From Candidatus Dormiibacterota bacterium (GTDB lineage: Bacteria; Chloroflexota; Dormibacteria; Aeolococcales; Aeolococcaceae), in assembly GCA_963709585.1 (NCBI GenBank), contig CAVPXI010000007.1, positions 32,001 through 96,000 on the forward strand: 64,000 bases of DNA. Reading direction: 5' to 3'. Shown piece by piece: positions 40,985-50,576 of the stretch (position 1 is its first letter; every line of letters begins with the position of its first letter). Under the pieces are notes generated by a model. The model saw only the letters and a list, made by a program, of their open reading frames with translations. It was not told where the DNA came from and ran no database searches. A program made the position numbers and the translations under genes.

Positions 40985-42163
40985 GTGCGCACCCAGGTTG
41001 CGATCCTCGGGGCCGGTCCCGCCGGCCTGATGCTTGCCCACCTGCTGAGCATCGCCGGCATCGAGACGATCGTCATCGAGTCGCGGACGCGCGAGTATGT
41101 GGAGCACCGTCTGCGCGCCGGCGTGCTCGAACAGGGAAGCGCTGATCTGCTCGAATCCACGGGTGTCGGGGCGAGGATGCGGCGCGAGGGCCTCGTGCAT
41201 CACGGTATCCGGCTGCGCTTCGGCGGTCGCGACCACCGCATCGACTTCGGTGCGCTCACCGGCGGGCGTGGGATCACCGTGTACGGACAGCAGGAGATCG
41301 TCAAGGATCTGATCGCAGTCCGCCTGTCGGCGGGCCAACCCATCCTGTTCGAGATCGGCGACGTACGGTTGCACGGCATCGACACCGAACAGCCGTCGGT
41401 CAGCTTCGTCCTCGACGGTGCCGGCGCCACCATCGACTGCGACATCATCGCCGGGTGCGACGGATTCCACGGCGTTTCGCGTGACAGCATCCCGCCCGGG
41501 GTGCTCACCGCGTACGCACACGAGTACCCGTTCGCCTGGCTTGGAATCCTTGCCGGTGTCGCTCCGTCAAGTGAGGAGCTGATCTACTGCTATCACGAGC
41601 ATGGCTTCGCGCTCCTCAGCATGCGATCCCCCACCGTGAGCCGTCTGTACCTCCAGGTACCCGCCGGCGAGCGCGTCGCAGACTGGTCTGACGCGCGCAT
41701 CTGGGAGGAGTTGCGGACCAGGCTGGCCGCGGACAGTTGGTCACTCACCGAAGGCCCGATCACGGAGAAGGGCATCACGGGCATGCGCAGCTTCGTCGTC
41801 GAACCCATGCAGTTCGGGCGCCTGTTCCTGAGCGGCGACGCGGCGCACATCGTGCCGCCCACGGGCGCCAAGGGGATGAATCTTGCGCTCCGCGACGTGA
41901 GCGTCCTCGCGCAGGCGGTGGTCGCGTTTTCCAGCACTGGCGACACGCGATTGCTCGACGAGTATTCCGCCAATTGTCTGCGCCGGGCCTGGAGGGCGCA
42001 GCACTTCTCATGGTGGATGACATCGATGCTGCATCGCTTTCCCGACGCTGACGCGTACCAGGTGCGCTTGCAGCTGGCCCAGCTCGCATATACCGTCAAC
42101 TCACGTGCGGCTTCGACGAGCCTCGCGGAGAATTACGTGGGGTACGAATGGACGACAACATGA
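40985..42163 (+). CDS. pobA: 4-hydroxybenzoate 3-monooxygenase
   Basis: RAGVLEQG, GCDGFHGVSR, ELIY..SMRS..RLYLQ, GDAAHIVPPTGAKG and AENYVG. Confidence 0.93.
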   Translation: MRTQVAILGAGPAGLMLAHLLSIAGIETIVIESRTREYVEHRLRAGVLEQGSADLLESTGVGARMRREGLVHHGIRLRFGGRDHRIDFGALTGGRGITVYGQQEIVKDLIAVRLSAGQPILFEIGDVRLHGIDTEQPSVSFVLDGAGATIDCDIIAGCDGFHGVSRDSIPPGVLTAYAHEYPFAWLGILAGVAPSSEELIYCYHEHGFALLSMRSPTVSRLYLQVPAGERVADWSDARIWEELRTRLAADSWSLTEGPITEKGITGMRSFVVEPMQFGRLFLSGDAAHIVPPTGAKGMNLALRDVSVLAQAVVAFSSTGDTRLLDEYSANCLRRAWRAQHFSWWMTSMLHRFPDADAYQVRLQLAQLAYTVNSRAASTSLAENYVGYEWTTT

Positions 42164-43030
42164 CAGCACACGCTCTGACCCGGCAGGTGATCGAGCGCCT
42201 GGAGCAATGTCCGGATCCCAGGCTGCGGGAGCTGGTCGGTGGCGTCATCCGCCATGTCCACGAGTTCGCCGTGGAGCAGGCGCTCACCGAAGCGGAATTG
42301 ATGGCGGGCATTGGTTTTCTCACCGAGGTCGGACAGATGTGCACCGACCGGCGCCAGGAGTTCATCCTGCTCTCGGACACGCTCGGTCTCTCGATGCTTG
42401 TCGACCTGATCAACCACGGGGCCGGGAGCAGCGCCACCGAGTTCGACCGTGCTCGGGCCGTTCTACGTCGAGGGTTCGCCCTGGCGATCGAATGGGGACG
42501 CGATCACCGACGATCTCGGAGCCCAACCGCTGCTGGTCAGCGGCCACGTGCGCGACACGGCCGGCCAGCCGTTGCCGGGTGCCACCGTCGACGTCTGGCA
42601 GAACGCGACCAATCGACTCTACGCGGTGCAGGATGACGGGCAGTCAGCCGAAAACCTTCGAGGTCGGTTTCGCACCGACGGCGACGGCGCGTTCGCCTTC
42701 CGCACCGTCCGACCGGTGGACTACCCGATTCCCGACGACGGCCCGGTCGGCAGGATGCTGCGGGCCACGGGCCGCCATCCGTGGCGCCCGGCGCACATTC
42801 ACCTCATCGTGTCAGCGGACGGGTACATCCCGGTGACCACGCACGTCTTCGACTCCGAGAGCGCGTATCTCGAATCAGACGTGGTGTTCGGCGTCAAGCA
42901 GTCGCTGGTGCGAACGCTCGTCGCCCACGATCCTGCTGTTGAAGCCCCACCTGCCGGCATACAGGGACGCTGGTACACGGTCGACATCGGCGTGGCCCTG
43001 GCGCCCGTCGCGTCATCGTCGCTGGGCTAG
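42160..43030 (+). CDS. Intradiol dioxygenase, hydroxyquinol/catechol 1,2-dioxygenase type (apparent frameshift near 42442)
   Basis: RQEFILLSDTLGLS, VLGPFYV, YPIPDDGPVG and RPAHIH. Confidence 0.85.
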
Positions 43031-43085
43031 GTGCCTGCAGCCGACCGCAGAGCTGTGCTGCGCGCGGCCCCCGTCGCGCGGTGCT

Positions 43086-44057
43086 TCAGCGCCGATGCCT
43101 CAAACGGCCCACCGCTCGAATGCTCGCCATCGCCTTGCGCTTCGCCTCGATGAGAGCAAGTTCGCGCTCCGAGAGTACGTAGCGGGGAAGCGACGATGCA
43201 GCCGCGGCGACACCGTTGCCGGATGATTTCGACGTCGCCGAGGGAAGTGATGGGATGCTGGCCAGACACCGTGCTCGAATCTCTTCCGGCGTCAGGTCAT
43301 CATCGGCCCGCTCGAGGGTGACAAAGAACTCAAAGTCCCCAGGTTGCGTGGGTCGATAGGCGACGAAGGGAAGCGTGACAAGTCGCATCTGCATGAGCGT
43401 GGCCATCAGCTCAACGAAGGTGGCGTCGGAGAACACCCAGCAATGTGTGTCGAGGTATGCATCAGTCGTCGCGGCTTTGGTGGCGAAGGCGATGGCCGTT
43501 TCGGCGTCCAGCGGCGGGTTGTCGTGACCCGGCAGGCCTGCCCAGATGGCACCCGGATCGACAACCACGAACCGGTAGAAGTGATCGAACGTGGCGCGCA
43601 CAGCCGGGCGGCGGAGGTGCAGCAGATAGGCCTCCACAACCTCCGAGACGTCGCTATCGCGGCGGCGGACATCGAAGGTATATCGGCGATCCGGCATCGC
43701 CAGGCTCAGACGTCCTCCGGGTCGCAGGACGCTTCCGATCTCCTGCAGCCAGCCCACGAGATCCGGCACATGCTCGAGGACGTGCGATGCCACGACGTAA
43801 TCGAACGGCGCCGACGAGCCGACCGCTTCGGCAAGCGTGTTCGCGCCCCAGACGAAGTCGGTCGAGACGATCATCCGCTCATCAACGTTGGGATCAGGGG
43901 TGTATTTGGCAATCAGGTCATCGGTCGCCAGGTGGTCGACGTAGTAGACGTCGCCGAGTTTCCGCGGCACGACCGGTGACGCCAGCGGGCCGATCTCGAG
44001 CCCGCGGCCGTTCGCCACGTCGATGTGCTCTCGCAGTCGATCGAACCGGTCCATCAC
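43086..44057 (-). CDS. Class I SAM-dependent methyltransferase
   Basis: LEIGP, FDYVVASHVLEHVPD and LRPGG. Confidence 0.8.
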   Translation of the reverse strand: MMDRFDRLREHIDVANGRGLEIGPLASPVVPRKLGDVYYVDHLATDDLIAKYTPDPNVDERMIVSTDFVWGANTLAEAVGSSAPFDYVVASHVLEHVPDLVGWLQEIGSVLRPGGRLSLAMPDRRYTFDVRRRDSDVSEVVEAYLLHLRRPAVRATFDHFYRFVVVDPGAIWAGLPGHDNPPLDAETAIAFATKAATTDAYLDTHCWVFSDATFVELMATLMQMRLVTLPFVAYRPTQPGDFEFFVTLERADDDLTPEEIRARCLASIPSLPSATSKSSGNGVAAAASSLPRYVLSERELALIEAKRKAMASIRAVGRLRHRR

Positions 44058-44839
44058 TGCTGCAGCGTCCCCTGCTCCAACTGCTGCTGCACCCGGCGCA
44101 TCCCCTGCAGCCAGCGTTCCGGGTCATCGGTCTTGCGGTGCATCCAGGTTTCCGCAATCGGATCCGAGACTATCAGGAAGCACTCCTCGCTGATTGCCTC
44201 GACGACCAGCCCGGCCACGTAATCGGCGTCCTTGATCGGACCCGCCACGGCAGCCGCGAACCTGGGATCGGCCCGTTCGAGCATCGGCGTGCTCACGCCC
44301 AGCGGCGCAAGCAGCGACACGCCGATACCGCGATGGTGATACGTGATCGACAGCCACTCGGCGAGCCCGACCACCGCGTGCTTGGTCGTCGCGTATGTGA
44401 CGTTGCCGTGGCTGGTGAGAATGCCCGCCATCGATGCGGTGTGCACGAGATACCCCGTTCCTCGCGCGAGCATTCCCGGGAGCACCGCGCGGACCGCGTA
44501 CACGTGGGCCATCACGTTGACCGCCCACTGGTCGTGCCATACCTCAGGCTCGGTTTCAAGGATGTCGCCGCCGGTGGCGATGCCGGCGTTGCTGAAGCAG
44601 ACGTCGATCGGACCGAGCCGGGCGCTGACCTCGGCGACCATCGCGTTCACCGAGCCTTCGTCGCCGACATCGGTCCTGATCGCAATACCGCCGACCTCGG
44701 TGGCGATGGCCTCGCAACCCTCCCAGTCACGATCGACGACGGCGATGCTCGCGCCTGCGGCGGCGAACGCGCGGCACGCGGCCGCTCCGATCCCACTCGC
44801 TCCACCGGTGACGATCGCCACCTTCCCGATCAGTTCGAT
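44054..44839 (-). CDS. Short-chain dehydrogenase/reductase
   Basis: TGGASGIG, NAGI and YATTK; start uncertain. Confidence 0.88.
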   Translation of the reverse strand: MELIGKVAIVTGGASGIGAAACRAFAAAGASIAVVDRDWEGCEAIATEVGGIAIRTDVGDEGSVNAMVAEVSARLGPIDVCFSNAGIATGGDILETEPEVWHDQWAVNVMAHVYAVRAVLPGMLARGTGYLVHTASMAGILTSHGNVTYATTKHAVVGLAEWLSITYHHRGIGVSLLAPLGVSTPMLERADPRFAAAVAGPIKDADYVAGLVVEAISEECFLIVSDPIAETWMHRKTDDPERWLQGMRRVQQQLEQGTLQQ

Positions 44840-44852
44840 GAGGGCACCCCCA

Positions 44853-45269
44853 TCATTCCAGCTCGTAATCGAGGTGCAGGGTGTGCGAGCCGTCGTCGGC
44901 AATCGTGATCAGCCCCACTCCAGAGATCCCCGTCAGCTCCCCGGTGCCCGAGCGGGGCGAGATGAGATATCGGCTCAACGGCGGCTCGTTCCCGAGAACG
45001 GTCGAGATGTGGAGCAGCGCGAAGCTGCCCTGGCGGCCGTCGACAGTAGCGGAGATGCGCTCCAGGGCCACGTACCCCGCGCCGGCAAACGCCCCGTCGG
45101 CACCAGGCGTCCGCGTGTACAGCATCTCCACCGTGCTGGTGCCGTCGATCGCACCCGTGAACGTCTTCGCGAGCTCGAGACCGCCGTAGTCGACGCCCAT
45201 CTCCGTCGCGAACTCGAACGCACGCGGTTTCTGCGAGTTGATGACAAAGGCCGAGCTGGTGTGGGGCAC
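44853..45269 (-). CDS. DUF3224 family protein
   Basis: KTFTG, GYVALERI, GSFALLH and SGTGELTGISG. Confidence 0.8.
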   Translation of the reverse strand: MPHTSSAFVINSQKPRAFEFATEMGVDYGGLELAKTFTGAIDGTSTVEMLYTRTPGADGAFAGAGYVALERISATVDGRQGSFALLHISTVLGNEPPLSRYLISPRSGTGELTGISGVGLITIADDGSHTLHLDYELE

Positions 45270-45298
45270 GAGGCAAGTCTAGTGCCGCGTCACGGCTG

Positions 45299-46069
45299 TC
45301 AGTGCTTGACCTCCTCGGGGGTCTCATACCATCGGACGCGTTCACCGACTCGGCTGCGCAGCCGCCACGCCCGGGACTTCGGTGCATCTTCGATCGCCTG
45401 CCGCAGCGTCGCGACCTGGGCCGCGACATCGTGCGTCGCCGCGGGCAGTGGCTCCAGTGACCACAGCTCGGCGACCTTGAGCGCGTTTCGCAGGACGGTG
45501 TGGCAGAAGCCCCAATCCTTGCCGAGCACCGAGCGTACCCGAGGGAGGCTGACTCCCTCGACATCACCGTCGTCCTCGGCGAGCGCGTGATCGGCGAGCA
45601 GACAGAGGGTGTCGCCGAGATCCTTCCGGTTGATCTCCCACACCTGGAGTTTCGTGAGCAGGAGGTCGGCGAGGGTGATCGTGGGTGCGGGCCCGTCGAG
45701 CCTGGCCGCGCAGGTCGAGCTTGTGCGACATCGCCAGCTCGTCGATGACCACGTCGATTGACCATCGACCGGCCGGCTTCCCCGTAATACAGTCGCGTGG
45801 CGCCATGTAGACCGTTGAAGAACTGGTCCGGAAGATAACCCTGGCTGATGAGCAGGGCCTTGAACTTGGTGGCGGCCGCGGCACCGATCGCGAAGTCCAT
45901 GTCGTCGTACGTCCGGGCGAACGGTCCGTCGTGCACGCTCGGACATCGCAGCCAGATCGCCACCCCACCGATCAGTCGCGCCGACATTCCCAGGCTCACG
46001 GTGGCTTCCGCGAGTTCTCCTGGCCTCCTCGCGGATATCGGAGAGGATCGGCGACTTGGGGTCCGCCAT
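45299..46069 (-). CDS. Uncharacterised nucleotidyltransferase-fold protein (three apparent +1 indels)
   Basis: Reconstructed ARLIGGVAI..RTYDDMDF..ADLLLTKLQV..INRKDLGD; indels near 46014, 45778 and 45703. Confidence 0.6.
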   Translation of the reverse strand: MADPKSPILSDIREEARRTRGSHREPGNVGATDRWGGDLAAMSERARRTVRPDVRRHGLRDRCRGRHQVQGPAHQPGLSSGPVLQRSTWRHATVLRGSRPVDGQSTWSSTSWRCRTSSTCAARLDGPAPTITLADLLLTKLQVWEINRKDLGDTLCLLADHALAEDDGDVEGVSLPRVRSVLGKDWGFCHTVLRNALKVAELWSLEPLPAATHDVAAQVATLRQAIEDAPKSRAWRLRSRVGERVRWYETPEEVKH

Positions 46070-46100
46070 CACCAGGATCCGATCAGCATCAGGACATAGT

Positions 46101-46132
46101 AAGGGCGGCCGGTGCGATCACCGACCGCCCTT
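46101..46132 (-). terminator. Intergenic stem-loop after the permease (terminator or processing element)
   Basis: Minus strand AAGGGCGGUCGGUG-AUCG-CACCGGCCGCCCUU: 14-bp stem with one G-U pair. Confidence 0.6.
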
Positions 46133-46155
46133 CCAAGAAGGGGGCAAAAGGTCGC

Positions 46156-47793
46156 TCACTCCGGCGGGAGTTCCTTATAGACGAACCCGATGTTGACGCC
46201 CTGCTGGGCGCGGATGAAACGCGGCACGTAGTAGAGGAGCCCTCCGCCGACGATGAGGCCGCCCAGCCACGCCCATATCCACCATGCATCGGCCGGGTTG
46301 CCGGTCATCACCAGCGCAGGGTATTGAAATGAGATCCAGATGATGTAGATGAACTCGGCGATCGAAAGCGGTCCCACGATCCACAGCACGGGGATCCCGA
46401 GAAACTTGACGTTGGCCGGCGACGCCTGATACAGGTCTGGCCGTCGTATCGGCAGGGCGATAGCGGCAAGCCCGACGATTATCACCGCGAGAGCACCGGC
46501 GAGCACGATCAACCCGAGGACAAGCTGGAACTGGTTCCCGTACACGCTCCAGATCACCAGGGCCGCGATGATCACATTGGTGACGATGATCGCGTTGACC
46601 GGGGAATGAGTGCGCTCGTTGATGTTCGCAAGGCTCTCCGGCATGAGCCGGTCGAACGACCAGGCAAAGAAAGACCTGATCGGCATGAAGGTGTTCGCGA
46701 TCATGGATGGCAGTGACCAGAACAGGAACGACCCCATGATCAGGACGGTGAGGATCGGCGTGTTGAAAACGAGCGATGCCAGGAAGGGGTAGAAGGGTCC
46801 CGACGGAATCGCATAGATCGGATGTGCCCCGGCTCCCACCAGCGCACTGTTGTTCAGAGCGTAGACAAAGTTGTAGCCCGCGACGCGGAACAAGAGGAGG
46901 ACGCCAATGACGAGCAGAATGGTGTCCCAACCCAGGGCACCGAACATCACGGAGAGTTGCCGGCGACGGTTGGACGCGCTCTTCAGCTCACCCGACATGT
47001 ACACCGACCAGAAGTTCCACATCATGAAACCCTGGATCGAGAAGAGCGTGGGCAGAGTTGCGTTGCCGTTGAAGAAGTTCGGTGCTGCGCCCGCGCCGCC
47101 GCCCTTGGCGATGACCTGGGCAACAGTGCCGCCTCCGAAGCTCTTGTTGAGAACGTTGAAGTGCGAGAAGAAATCCGTCTGGCTGCCGAAGAGCAGCACC
47201 AAGAACGCGATCAGCGTCCCCGCCATCGCGATGATGAACGCACCGTTCTGCCAGCGGAAGGTCGCCTTGGTGCCTCGGATGAGGATCAGCGTCTGGAGCG
47301 CGACCATGAAGAGCGATGCGCCGAGGATCCAGCTGTTGTTGTTCCCGAAGGAGGTCCCCCAGCTGATGAGCGTGGTGTTATTGGCGAACGACCCCAATGC
47401 AACCAGCACCGGCCCGAGCGCGAGCACTGAGAAGAACTTTGCGAAGAACGCGGCTCCGAGGAGCCCGCCCATGATCATGCAGAGGTTGGATATCAGCGCC
47501 AGGGGCGGCGACAGCACGCGGCTGACCCAGACGTAATCACCGCCCACTCTCGGCATGCTCGCTCCGAGCAGCGCGAACATGATGAGCACCGGAATGTTGA
47601 TGGCCGCGACGAGCAGGATCACGGTGGCGACGTCGGCACCGGGGAACGCGACCAGCGCGAAGAAGATGGAGTACGCGATCGTCGATCCGACCGGTGCCGA
47701 GATGACCGCGTTGAAGATCGTCGCATCGATAGCCGACGCAGAGCGCACCAGCCCAGTGCTGTTGCGGACGAACAGCCTGCTCGCGGTTGCCAT
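46156..47793 (-). CDS. APC-family amino acid/amine permease
   Basis: FVRNSTGLVR, MPRVGGDYVWVSR, GELK and RSFFAWSFDR; about 12-14 TMs. Confidence 0.88.
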   Translation of the reverse strand: MATASRLFVRNSTGLVRSASAIDATIFNAVISAPVGSTIAYSIFFALVAFPGADVATVILLVAAINIPVLIMFALLGASMPRVGGDYVWVSRVLSPPLALISNLCMIMGGLLGAAFFAKFFSVLALGPVLVALGSFANNTTLISWGTSFGNNNSWILGASLFMVALQTLILIRGTKATFRWQNGAFIIAMAGTLIAFLVLLFGSQTDFFSHFNVLNKSFGGGTVAQVIAKGGGAGAAPNFFNGNATLPTLFSIQGFMMWNFWSVYMSGELKSASNRRRQLSVMFGALGWDTILLVIGVLLLFRVAGYNFVYALNNSALVGAGAHPIYAIPSGPFYPFLASLVFNTPILTVLIMGSFLFWSLPSMIANTFMPIRSFFAWSFDRLMPESLANINERTHSPVNAIIVTNVIIAALVIWSVYGNQFQLVLGLIVLAGALAVIIVGLAAIALPIRRPDLYQASPANVKFLGIPVLWIVGPLSIAEFIYIIWISFQYPALVMTGNPADAWWIWAWLGGLIVGGGLLYYVPRFIRAQQGVNIGFVYKELPPE

Positions 47794-47824
47794 GGCGATC
47801 CTCCGGCGGCCCGACCGCCTCGAA

Positions 47825-47882
47825 CTTGACACACGCGTCGAAAACCTGCAGAGTTTGAACACAATCGAACACCAGTGTCAAG
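47825..47882. promoter_or_regulatory. Overlapping divergent promoters with candidate DeoR direct repeats
   Basis: TTGACA on + (47826-47831) and on - (47876-47881); GAACAC direct repeats 10 bp apart at 47857 and 47867. Confidence 0.55.
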
Positions 47883-47975
47883 AGGCTCATGGACACGGAG
47901 GGACAACTTCCGGTCAAGACCCGACAAACCTAGCTGAGTAATCCGGGCGAGTAGTTCAAGGAGGAGTCGCGCAAG

Positions 47976-48806
47976 GTGTTAGCTGTCGAGCGGCGTTTGA
48001 AGGTGTTGGAACGGGTCGCGGAAGACCAGGCGATCGAGGTCAGCACCCTCGCGCGCGACTTCCAGGTTTCGGAGATGACGATCCGCCGGGACCTCCGCCG
48101 TCTGGAACGCGACGGTTTCGTGCGGCGCACCTATGGAGGCGCCACCACCCACCTGGTGCGGACGTTCGAGGTCGGCGCCAATGCGCGCACCCTGCACCAC
48201 GCCAGGGAGAAGCGCATCATCGCCAAGCGCGCGGCTGAGTTGACCGTGGGGGTGCGCGCCATGTTCCTCGGCATCGGCACGACCGTCGAGCATTTCGCGC
48301 GACTCCTGCCGGCGCGCGAGGACCTCATGGTGGTCACGCCGTCGCTCGCAGTGGCGAGCCTGCTCGGCACCCGCAACGTCCGCGTGATCATCGCGGGCGG
48401 CCTGGTTCGCCAGGACGAGCTGACGTGCATCGGTGCCTCGGCGGTCGAGGCCGTGCGCCGCTACAACACCGACACCGCGGTGATCGGCGCCGCGGGACTC
48501 TCCGCCCGCCGCGGGATCACCGAGCTCGACGATCGCGACGCGGACGTGATCCGCGGCGGCCTCGAGCGGACCGAGCGGATCATCGTGATCGCCGACGGCT
48601 CGAAGTTCGGCGCTGTCGCGATGAGCACGGTGGCGTCGATCGAGCAGATCTCCACCATCGTGACCGACGGCAGCGCCGATCCCGAGGAGATACTGCGCAT
48701 CGAGCAGGCGGGCATCGAGGTGGTGGTCGCCGGGCTCGAGACATCACTGCTCCGCCCGATGGAGAACGGCCGGACACGCCTCACCGACGTCAGGAGGCCG
48801 GCGTGA
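47976..48806 (+). CDS. DeoR/GlpR family transcriptional regulator
   Basis: VSEMTIRRDL, RTYGGA and ADGSKF. Confidence 0.92.
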   Translation: MLAVERRLKVLERVAEDQAIEVSTLARDFQVSEMTIRRDLRRLERDGFVRRTYGGATTHLVRTFEVGANARTLHHAREKRIIAKRAAELTVGVRAMFLGIGTTVEHFARLLPAREDLMVVTPSLAVASLLGTRNVRVIIAGGLVRQDELTCIGASAVEAVRRYNTDTAVIGAAGLSARRGITELDDRDADVIRGGLERTERIIVIADGSKFGAVAMSTVASIEQISTIVTDGSADPEEILRIEQAGIEVVVAGLETSLLRPMENGRTRLTDVRRPA

Positions 48807-49618
48807 CTCTTCTGCGCCGCTTGTTCGGCGTGGACAAACCGGTGATTGCGATGCTCCACCTCCCGGCGATGCCCGGCCGCCCCCGGCACGACCGATCGGC
48901 TGGGATGCGATACCTCGTCGACACCGTCGAGCGCGATCTCGAATCGCTTCAGGCTGCCGGCGTCGACGCGTTTCTCTTCTGCAACGAGGCGGACCTGCCG
49001 TATCAGATGCGCGTTGGCCCCGAGGTTGCAGCGGCGATGGCGGCGGTGATCGGCCAGGTTCGTGACCTGATCACACGACCCTTCGGCATCGACCTCGTCT
49101 GGGACCCGGTGTCGAGCCTCGCGGTGGCGCGCGCGACCGGCGCGTCCTTTGTCCGCGAAGTGTTCACCGGTGTCTTCGAGAGCGACCTCGGCCTCATGCA
49201 GCCGGACTTCGGAGCGATCGCCGCGTACCGCGAGCAGATCGGCGCCGAGTCCGTGGCCATGTTCGCCAACATCACGCCGGAATTCGCGAGCAGCCTCGGG
49301 AATCGCTCGATCGCGATGCGAGCGAGAAGTGCTGCGTATCTCGGCGTCGACGCGATCCTCATCAGCGGTCAGATCACCGGGACCGACACGCACATCTCGG
49401 AGCTGCACGAGGCCAAGGAAGCGGTGCCGGAGATGCCCGTCCTCGCCAACACCGGCGTGCGTGAGGAAACCGTCGATGCGATTCTCGCGATCGCAGACGG
49501 GCTCCTTGTCGGCACCAGCCTGAAACGTGACGGCGTCACCTGGAACCCCGTCGACCCCGATCGAGCCGGACGCTTCATGACCGCGGTACACCGCGCACGC
49601 GAGGCGGTTCCCGCCTGA
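48803..49618 (+). CDS. BtpA/SgcQ family TIM-barrel protein (copy 1)
   Basis: KPVIAMLHLPAMPG, FCNEADLPY, ANTGV and VGTSLK. Confidence 0.88.
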   Translation: MTLLRRLFGVDKPVIAMLHLPAMPGRPRHDRSAGMRYLVDTVERDLESLQAAGVDAFLFCNEADLPYQMRVGPEVAAAMAAVIGQVRDLITRPFGIDLVWDPVSSLAVARATGASFVREVFTGVFESDLGLMQPDFGAIAAYREQIGAESVAMFANITPEFASSLGNRSIAMRARSAAYLGVDAILISGQITGTDTHISELHEAKEAVPEMPVLANTGVREETVDAILAIADGLLVGTSLKRDGVTWNPVDPDRAGRFMTAVHRAREAVPA

Positions 49619-49619
49619 C

Positions 49620-50570
49620 ATGTCGAAGACGAGGATCTACTTCGTCAGCGACCTGCACGGATCGAGCGTGTGCTTTCGAAAGTTCGTCAACGCAGCAAAG
49701 ATCTACCAGGCCGACATCCTGATTCTCGGTGGCGACGTTGCCGGCAAGGCGATCCAGTCGATCGTCCGCGCCCCGGGCGGGCACTGGCAATGCCGGTTCG
49801 TCGGCACCGACTACGACGTCGTCGAAGGAGCCGAGCTGAACGCGCTCGAGAAGCTGATCGCCGATCATGGCTATTACCCGTACCGCGCCGACCCCGGCGA
49901 GCTCGAGGCCAAGGAGGCGAACGGCGGTCTCGACGACCTCTTCCTGCGCCTCATGCGCGAGCGGCTGACCGAATGGCTCGAGCTTGCCGACGCCCGCCTC
50001 CGGCCCCTGAACATTCCGCTGTACTTCATGCTGGGCAATGACGACCCTGAGGAGCTTGGAGCGTTGCTGGACAGCGCTCCATGGGGCACGCACGACGAGG
50101 GCAAGGTCGTCTGGCTCGACGACGAGCACGAGATGATCAGCTGGGGGTTCTCGAACGTGACGCCCTGGCACACGTATCGCGAGCAGGATGAGGGCCATCT
50201 GCGGGCGACGATCGACGCGATGGTGCGCGAGCTTCAGCACCCGGAGCGGGCCGTTTTCAACCTGCACGCGCCGCCGTTCGGAACCCAGCTCGACGAGGCG
50301 CCGCTCCTGGACGCGAATCTGCAGGTGCAGGCGACCCTCGGTCAGGTGCGGATGGTGGCGGTGGGGAGCACAGCGGTCCGTGACGCCGAGCAGGCCTATC
50401 AGCCGCTGCTCGGGCTCCACGGACACATTCACGAGTCCGCGGGCATCCGGCGGATCGGCCGTACGGTGGTCATCAACCCGGGCAGTGACTACTCGACGGG
50501 AGCGCTGAACGGCGCGTTGATGACGCTCGACGGCGGCAACGTCAAGGCGCAGCAGCTGGTTCGCGGGTAG
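49620..50570 (+). CDS. Calcineurin-like metallophosphoesterase (Icc-related)
   Basis: DLHGS, GGD, GNDD, HAPP, GLHGHIHES and INPGS. Confidence 0.88.
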   Translation: MSKTRIYFVSDLHGSSVCFRKFVNAAKIYQADILILGGDVAGKAIQSIVRAPGGHWQCRFVGTDYDVVEGAELNALEKLIADHGYYPYRADPGELEAKEANGGLDDLFLRLMRERLTEWLELADARLRPLNIPLYFMLGNDDPEELGALLDSAPWGTHDEGKVVWLDDEHEMISWGFSNVTPWHTYREQDEGHLRATIDAMVRELQHPERAVFNLHAPPFGTQLDEAPLLDANLQVQATLGQVRMVAVGSTAVRDAEQAYQPLLGLHGHIHESAGIRRIGRTVVINPGSDYSTGALNGALMTLDGGNVKAQQLVRG

Positions 50571-50576
50571 CCCGCG

